64,000 bases of DNA from a virus, in the IMG/VR virus record IMGVR_UViG_3300042402_005180, positions 13,675 to 77,674 of that record; one strand, 5' to 3'. Positions within the stretch are counted from its first letter, which is position 1; each line of letters begins with the position of its first letter. Under the pieces are notes generated by a model that saw only the letters and a program-made list of their open reading frames with translations, was not told the origin of the DNA and made no database searches. A program made the position numbers and the translations under genes. Below are positions 58,051 through 64,000 of the stretch, piece after piece.

Positions 58051-58549
58051 TGTATGTACTCCAATAAGTCACTATGTATTTTACGGGGTTTTGCAAAAAT
58101 CCCATTGGATAAAAATCGCTAATTCTTAATAATTTTTGATTATTGTAGTTATCAATGCCCGGATAGTAGTGAGGAATGCAGTATTTACATTGCTGAAGTT
58201 TTGGCAAGTCTGTAAGTTTTGCAACTATTTGGGCAGCAGCATTTGCAAGTTGCACTTCTGGTCCTACTTTTACCCACTCTTTTTGTGAATAATAAATACG
58301 AGCATTTATTTGTTCTGTTGTTTCAATCATTTTATAACCTGCGCCAACACACCAAGGGCAAAGGCCACCATCTTCAAAAGGGTATGGTCCGCCGGTTTTA
58401 TATCTACCATTGGACCTAAATCCATTAAATGTACAATTCGGACATTCTTCTCTAATTTCAGGATAAACAAGAGTTATGGGTCTGTTCCAGATATTATCTA
58501 CAGCTTCATTATATATGTTGAATAAATCAGGAGACAGAGATAAGCTCAT
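58037..58549 (-). CDS. head closure-like protein with zinc-finger insertion
   Basis: CPNC...CPWC.GAG; synteny. Confidence 0.5.
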   Translation of the reverse strand: MSLSLSPDLFNIYNEAVDNIWNRPITLVYPEIREECPNCTFNGFRSNGRYKTGGPYPFEDGGLCPWCVGAGYKMIETTEQINARIYYSQKEWVKVGPEVQLANAAAQIVAKLTDLPKLQQCKYCIPHYYPGIDNYNNQKLLRISDFYPMGFLQNPVKYIVTYWSTYNEST

Positions 58550-58767
58550 TAGTATTGTAATCCAGAAGGAGTTGAGTAATAGTAACGTGGACGATCAAGT
58601 CTTGAGTCTAAACGAGTGTAAAACTCATTAGGAGTATATCCTCTAATTACAGGAGGATTAATAGTTTGATACTGTGTCGGAGCAGCAAGTTGCGGCTGTA
58701 ATACTATTCTGCCATCACGCTGCGAATAAGAACCTTTTACTACATCAGAAACATCTGCATTTGGCAT
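58549..58767 (-). CDS. small virion protein (hypothetical)
   Basis: AGGA RBS; TAATG coupling. Confidence 0.55.
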   Translation of the reverse strand: MPNADVSDVVKGSYSQRDGRIVLQPQLAAPTQYQTINPPVIRGYTPNEFYTRLDSRLDRPRYYYSTPSGLQY

Positions 58768-58787
58768 TTTTATTTTTCCTTTTTGTA

Positions 58788-59312
58788 TTAACCGAAGAAT
58801 CCAGCACGATAATCAATATAACCACGATTCGCAGTATCTGAACCCGGAGAGTATGGAGAAAGAATAGTTTTTCCAAGGCCAAGTTTAGAAGTTTGATAAT
58901 CGAGTTTAACAGCTTCATATTTTTTCACAAGGTCGTCATGAATCGCTTTAAGGCCCGGAATAACGCCCCTCATATCAAGAGCAGATGCACCGTCTCGTAT
59001 AGAAATAGCTTTTAAAGAGTATGTTTTTAATTGGCTTGCTGTAAAAAGCATTGCGGCCCGTAAACAACAAAGGGCGATAAAATCATCATCTTTTAGACTT
59101 GAGCCAACAGGAGTAGTTGTTGGATCTGGAGTAATTGTTTTACTGTCAACTTCTATATTATAATCAACGACGAATTCCATTTCATTATGAATTAATTGAG
59201 CTGCTACAGTAATAGCCTCTTCGATTCTACTATCTGAAAATTGATAGCTTGTTGAGTCTAGATCATCTATAATATGTCTGACTATAATTGTCATTTCGTT
59301 TTCCCAAGCCAT
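58788..59312 (-). CDS. head-tail adaptor-like protein
   Basis: IVRHIIDD....YQFSDSRIEE; SIRDG..ALD. Confidence 0.6.
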   Translation of the reverse strand: MAWENEMTIIVRHIIDDLDSTSYQFSDSRIEEAITVAAQLIHNEMEFVVDYNIEVDSKTITPDPTTTPVGSSLKDDDFIALCCLRAAMLFTASQLKTYSLKAISIRDGASALDMRGVIPGLKAIHDDLVKKYEAVKLDYQTSKLGLGKTILSPYSPGSDTANRGYIDYRAGFFG

Positions 59313-59620
59313 TATATTAGATTCCTTTGCACTTTAAATTTTTGAATCTCTGTAGAAAAAACGCTTGACCCGAAATCTACTTTAGCCTGTATTTGCCATG
59401 TACCAACTTGATTTAAATCGCCAACAATTGTTGTATATCTAATATTGCCATCTGAACCATCATTGATAAGACTTGCAGTTTTTGTCACATCTGTACCGTC
59501 TGGCTTTTCAAAAATTATATAAATATTATTGGCATTTGATACATCCAGAGGAACAGTATCATTCATGACTGTTATATTGAAATTAACCCCAACGTCACCA
59601 TAATGTATTTCAGAAGCCAT
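59312..59620 (-). CDS. BppU-N-like Ig-fold virion protein
   Basis: FEKPDGT...G.IRY....GDLNQVGTWQIQAKV. Confidence 0.6.
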   Translation of the reverse strand: MASEIHYGDVGVNFNITVMNDTVPLDVSNANNIYIIFEKPDGTDVTKTASLINDGSDGNIRYTTIVGDLNQVGTWQIQAKVDFGSSVFSTEIQKFKVQRNLI

Positions 59621-59995
59621 TTAATATTCCTCTATTGCATTTAAGATAAAATCTGCCGACATAATTAGAGGTAATTCATAGTTTAAATCTGTATCTACAT
59701 AAAAGTCTGCATAGAAGTCGGAAGTGTGGTAAACTATCTCAAGATCTTCCGTATTCAGTAGCATAATATTATTTTTATTTGTAGTAACATACATAATATG
59801 ATACACATTTATTTGCCTTACCGGATCTAAACTCCCAATAAAATTTGAAAAACAATCAAATTGAATTGATTCGTAGAATTTTATAGCTGGAGAGAGTTCT
59901 AAATTTATGTCTGAGCTAAATAAAGCAAAGGCGTAAATTGGCCCAGAAGCTAATGATGAATAGGGAGTTGTTGATAGTGGTAGGAATGATAACAT
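59621..59995 (-). CDS. hypothetical virion protein
   Basis: MLSFLPLSTTPYSS N-terminus; coupled ORF. Confidence 0.55.
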   Translation of the reverse strand: MLSFLPLSTTPYSSLASGPIYAFALFSSDINLELSPAIKFYESIQFDCFSNFIGSLDPVRQINVYHIMYVTTNKNNIMLLNTEDLEIVYHTSDFYADFYVDTDLNYELPLIMSADFILNAIEEY

Positions 59996-61140
59996 TATGT
60001 TTTTATATATCTTGGTTGAGAATTATCATATATTAATTTTGGGGTAGAAAAATAGTCTGTATTTGCATTTAAAGTAAATAAAGTGCCGGTATATAGGATA
60101 TTATCAAATGCCGCAGGAACACCTCCTCCTGCATATCCACTAATATAGCCTAAAGTTTTCCAATTATTACCATCTTTTGAATAAAATACTTCAGATAAAT
60201 TTGATATAAAATATATCATAGATTTTGAAGCCGGACATATAAACCTGCCGTTAAAATTATTAATCATAGTCCAATTAATTCCATCAGTCGATTTTGCAGA
60301 TCCTCCGGTTCCAGATATATATATAGTATTATTGAATACAACTGGATAGATACCTGCATTGCTAGCCACTAAAGTAGATGGAAAAGTATATGCAATCCAA
60401 TTTATTCCATCTATAGACCCAACGTATTGGTTTCCAGTATCAGAAAAAAGTAATATTAAACTCCCAAGAGATATAGCAGTTCTATACCTTAAAGTTAATG
60501 GAGTTGTAATAGGTGTCCAATTAACTCCATTTGTTGAAATATTTGCTATATTAGTATTAAGTCCAGAGATACAAAAAATAGTGCCATTCCAAGCAATAGC
60601 CCATATTGAAGTTACTCCGGGAATTGTTCCTGCTGTCCAATTTATACCATCAGGCGAAGTCATATAAGAATTACCAACAGAACTTCCTGTAAAAAATAAA
60701 GATCCTGTCCAAATCATAGTACTCCATCTACCACCTATTGGATGAATTATATTATTCCAATTTATACCATCAGTTGATCTGTATATTAAACTGCTATATG
60801 TGCCAACGCATATGGCAGTTGGACTAGAAGCAGCCGACTGAACAGCTATTGGGTCGGTAGGATTTATTATATTATTATTTATAAAAAGTTCATATTCTAA
60901 AAAATTACTAAGAGATGGATATTGCAATTTTAAATATTTTTTTCCATCACATAATATCCAATTAGTGTCATAATTTAAATATCCAGCCTGTATAGTTCCA
61001 ACTGGAGTAGATATGGTTGCATTATTTAAATATAACGCTCCATCGGCAGTATTTATAGCTAATTCACCAGACTGTAAATCGTTAACAGTTGGAACTTTCC
61101 CAATTTGATTTGATCTTTTGTATAATATTGTATTTGCCAT
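59995..61140 (-). CDS. tail fibre/adhesin: GELAIN N-domain + collar domain with beta-propeller insertion
   Basis: KRS..GKVP...LQSGELAINTADG; WILCDG..QYPSL; S(T/P)DGINW Asp-box repeats; ends YIKT. Confidence 0.75.
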   Translation of the reverse strand: MANTILYKRSNQIGKVPTVNDLQSGELAINTADGALYLNNATISTPVGTIQAGYLNYDTNWILCDGKKYLKLQYPSLSNFLEYELFINNNIINPTDPIAVQSAASSPTAICVGTYSSLIYRSTDGINWNNIIHPIGGRWSTMIWTGSLFFTGSSVGNSYMTSPDGINWTAGTIPGVTSIWAIAWNGTIFCISGLNTNIANISTNGVNWTPITTPLTLRYRTAISLGSLILLFSDTGNQYVGSIDGINWIAYTFPSTLVASNAGIYPVVFNNTIYISGTGGSAKSTDGINWTMINNFNGRFICPASKSMIYFISNLSEVFYSKDGNNWKTLGYISGYAGGGVPAAFDNILYTGTLFTLNANTDYFSTPKLIYDNSQPRYIKT

Positions 61141-63197
61141 TATGTTTTAATCCAGTAGTTGCCAACATATCCAGAAGCGAAGCCGCCGATATTTGTAGTT
61201 ATTGCTGGCAATCGAAAATTTCCAGTGTCTGGCGTTATTTTTATAAAATTATCTCCACCATAATTTAAAGCTATAAAAGACTGTCCGTTCCAAAGAATAG
61301 ACCTCAAGCTGTTAGTAGCAGCAGTAACTATATTAAGCTCTCTCCATGATTCACCATCTTTAGAAACGGCTATAAGTGTTGATGAGAGAGCTGGGACTAT
61401 ATAATATGACCCATTCCACGAAAGTGTATGCCAAGATCTAGAGTTAGGCATATAATTTGTAGTCCAATTTATTCCATCGCTTGATATATTTATAAAATTG
61501 CTAGGTGTGGCTGGGACCGCATATTGAGATCCATTCCAATTAATATTTTGATATGTATTCCTCACTGGAAAAGTTCTAGATGTCCACACTGAGCCATTTG
61601 GGGATGTTGCATAAATAGCTGAGTTTTGAGCTGTTGCTAAAAATTGACTACCATTCCAATTTATCGCACACCATGCTATGCCCGTTGGCATCATATAGCC
61701 ACTCCAATATATTCCATCATTTGATAGCCAAGAGTGCATACCGCCATTTGAAACGGCGCAATATTTATTTCCATCTGAAGCCATAAAAGTAAAAGTGTTT
61801 GTAGCGCCTGTTGTAGTTGTTAACCAACTAGTACCCTCCGGGGAAATTGACACAGAGCTATTTCCAAAAGTAGTCGCAACAAATTTTTGTCCTGTCCAAG
61901 CTAAATCATTTTTAGCAGAATTTTGAACAGTTGATCTACCAATCCAACCAGTCCCATCAGGAGATGTTGCCACGTTAAGCGATAATCCAACCGCACAAAA
62001 TGTAGAACCATTCCAAGCAATACCAGCCCAAACTGTACCCGCTGGTAAAGTTCTAGCGGTCCACCCAGAACCATCAGGAGAAGACGCTGCAAGTGTTGAA
62101 TTTGCCGTACTTGAAACTGCCGCAAATATAGAGCCATTCCAAGCTAATCTCCACCAGCTACTAAAGCTTGGGAGTGCGGTTCTATACCAAGTCACACCAT
62201 CATAAGATAATCCACCGGATGCTGAATTAGCACAAACTGCAACTAATCTTGATCCACCATATTCTATATCTCTCCAGTTTCCAGAAAATGGTAAAGTTTG
62301 CTGTGTCCAACTAGTCCCGTTTACTGAGTTAGCAGCTATCGTGCCATTAGATGCGATAGCATAAAATCCATTTGTACCAGTACCTGTAACGGCTTGCCAG
62401 TCTCCCGTAACGGGAAGCGTAATACCAGACCAACTCAATCCATTAGTAGAAATAGCTCCACTATTAGTTCCAGATGCTAATGCACAATACAATGATCCAT
62501 TATACCCAACTGCTGTCCAGTTTCCAGAGAAAGGCAATACTCCGGGATACCACAAGAATCCATCAACTGTTGTTGTAGAGTATTGACCTAGAGTTACTGC
62601 ACAAGCACCCAATGCACCACTGGATATAGCATTAAATTGATTGGTAGGAGGTACAAAACCTTGAACCCAACCAGAGCCATCTACTGATCTAGCTGTCACA
62701 TTTGATCCATTTGCAAGAGCTAAATAATTGTTTGAACCACTATTATAAGCTACAGTAGACCAGTTTGCCACTACAGGTAATGCTCCAGAAATCCAAACAT
62801 TTCCGCTATCGCTTGACAATGCTGAGTATTGAGATCCTAATGCTACTGCAACATATGAACTTTCACCACTTGAAGCAACCGCTTGCCAGTTGGCCGTTGC
62901 TGGCATAGCTCCAGTAGCAGATATAAAGTTTGCGCCCAGTAAATTTCCAAGGACTGGATAGGAACTTTGTGGAATTACCGTTCCACTACAAAGTAACCAA
63001 TCGGGGCTGGATAAGACTCCATTGACTGCGGGCGATATAAGACCCGCTGGAGTTGAAGTGAGCTGCACAACTGTATCGTCTGTTTTTTTAGTATATAATT
63101 TTCCATCGGTTGTATTGATCGCCAATTCACCAAGACTTAAACCTGTTGCGGGTGGAATTGCTCCGGGGGTAGAAGATCTTTTATGTAAGATAGGCAT
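61140..63197 (-). CDS. tail fibre/adhesin: GELAIN N-domain + collar domain with long propeller insertion
   Basis: KRSSTPG..GELAINTTDG; WLLCSG..SYPVL; ~14 SxDGxxW repeats; FRLP...YWIKT. Confidence 0.75.
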   Translation of the reverse strand: MPILHKRSSTPGAIPPATGLSLGELAINTTDGKLYTKKTDDTVVQLTSTPAGLISPAVNGVLSSPDWLLCSGTVIPQSSYPVLGNLLGANFISATGAMPATANWQAVASSGESSYVAVALGSQYSALSSDSGNVWISGALPVVANWSTVAYNSGSNNYLALANGSNVTARSVDGSGWVQGFVPPTNQFNAISSGALGACAVTLGQYSTTTVDGFLWYPGVLPFSGNWTAVGYNGSLYCALASGTNSGAISTNGLSWSGITLPVTGDWQAVTGTGTNGFYAIASNGTIAANSVNGTSWTQQTLPFSGNWRDIEYGGSRLVAVCANSASGGLSYDGVTWYRTALPSFSSWWRLAWNGSIFAAVSSTANSTLAASSPDGSGWTARTLPAGTVWAGIAWNGSTFCAVGLSLNVATSPDGTGWIGRSTVQNSAKNDLAWTGQKFVATTFGNSSVSISPEGTSWLTTTTGATNTFTFMASDGNKYCAVSNGGMHSWLSNDGIYWSGYMMPTGIAWCAINWNGSQFLATAQNSAIYATSPNGSVWTSRTFPVRNTYQNINWNGSQYAVPATPSNFINISSDGINWTTNYMPNSRSWHTLSWNGSYYIVPALSSTLIAVSKDGESWRELNIVTAATNSLRSILWNGQSFIALNYGGDNFIKITPDTGNFRLPAITTNIGGFASGYVGNYWIKT

Positions 63198-64000
63198 CAG
63201 TATGTTCCTCCATCTATTATCCCACTATTGTTAATAGAAAATAAAATTGATCCAGTTGAATCTTGGATTTCTAAAAGATTAGCAGATTGTGAGACTGCAC
63301 CTTGAACTACAAGGGGCTTTGCAGCGCTAGATATAGAAGTAACCTGTAATTGGTTTAAATTACCAGTTCCACCCATATAAATATCAGAACCAGAGATTAC
63401 AACTCCAGAAATTGCATTTAAAGATGCTCCAGCTCCAGTAGCTCCAGTTAATCCGGTAGCGCCAAGTCCTCCTGTTGGCCCAGTAGCTCCAGTTAAACCT
63501 GTAGCTCCATTAACACCAGCAGAACCAGTAGCCCCAGTAAATCCTGTTGCGCCTAACTGTGTATACATAACTTGAGTAGCAGTAAATATAACACTAGGAA
63601 TAGAAGGAGAAGTCGGAGATGCTCCAGCAACTGACGCAGCTAAGAATGCATTAACATGATTAGTAGCCCATATTAATTCAAAATAATCGCCAGCCGCAAC
63701 TTCAACAACATAATTAACTGTTCCAATTAAATTACCATTAATATTATTGTGTTTATTAACAATTGAAAATCTAGAATCTGTATCTTGCACATCTCCAGAA
63801 CTACCATCGTTATTTTTTCTTAGCCATATATTTATATCATGAATAGAATTAACACTACTATTTTGCATCTGGGCTGAAAAAATTAAACTATAAACTCCAG
63901 CATAATCAAATGTAATTCTACTTCCAGAAACAACACGAACTCCATTATTACTTGGGTCTGAATTATTATATGTTATTGAGTATGCCGTATATGCATTCGT
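63197..64000 (-). CDS. collagen-like tail fibre with C1q/BclA-like domain (5' partial)
   Basis: Frame open to the window edge (…SGSRITFDYAGVYSLIFSAQMQN…); GATG(L/F/P)T Gly-X-Y repeats. Confidence 0.75.
   Translation of the reverse strand, partial: TNAYTAYSITYNNSDPSNNGVRVVSGSRITFDYAGVYSLIFSAQMQNSSVNSIHDINIWLRKNNDGSSGDVQDTDSRFSIVNKHNNINGNLIGTVNYVVEVAAGDYFELIWATNHVNAFLAASVAGASPTSPSIPSVIFTATQVMYTQLGATGFTGATGSAGVNGATGLTGATGPTGGLGATGLTGATGAGASLNAISGVVISGSDIYMGGTGNLNQLQVTSISSAAKPLVVQGAVSQSANLLEIQDSTGSILFSINNSGIIDGGTY

Noticed and set aside
3437-63234. Numerous short antisense or alternative-frame ORFs in the track (e.g. 4638..4973, 50312..50773, 54148..54588)
   Set aside because: They are nested in well-supported genes, lack RBS or recognisable motifs, and are typical shadow ORFs.
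59995-64000. Diversity-generating retroelement targeting the fibres
   Set aside because: The GELAIN N-domain recalls Mtd-type fibres, but no reverse transcriptase or adenine-variant TR/VR pair is visible in this window.
1-64000. Stop-codon reassignment and tRNA genes
   Set aside because: Standard-code ORFs tile the window densely, with TAA, TAG and TGA all used as stops. No cloverleaf was seen in the few intergenic gaps.

Overview
This window is a 64-kb piece of a large, AT-rich tailed dsDNA phage, probably a siphovirus-like Caudoviricetes since no sheath gene is seen. It reads in the standard genetic code. Two convergent arms meet at a bidirectional terminator (~31441-31471). The + arm (1-31438) encodes a sigma-70-like factor, nucleotide metabolism (dCMP deaminase, class II RNR, dUTPase, dNMP kinase), PhoH, RecA, and a bacterial-type replisome (DnaB, DnaG, a DnaE split into two genes around an HNH endonuclease and DnaQ, SSB). 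It also carries a glycosyltransferase/nucleotidyltransferase cluster and a Rad52-like protein. The - arm (64000-31568) encodes tail fibres, head-tail joining proteins, tail tube, chaperones, a 2899-aa tape measure protein (TMP) and tail-tip proteins. The most notable feature is in the TMP. It has four copies of a FAxGG...DTVPAMLTPGEFV...FAxGG module, and three of them bracket apparent enzyme cargo domains (PD-(D/E)XK-like, HAD-like, GNAT-like), which suggests a swappable effector-delivery polyprotein. Other observations are an intein-less split DnaE, a pseudoknotted ~97-nt RNA element, a tail-tube paralog in the replication arm, Ser-Gly enrichment in virion proteins alongside the glycosyltransferases, apparent CCWGG avoidance, and a recurring TGTGTA promoter motif. 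All assignments come from motif recognition by eye; no searches were run.
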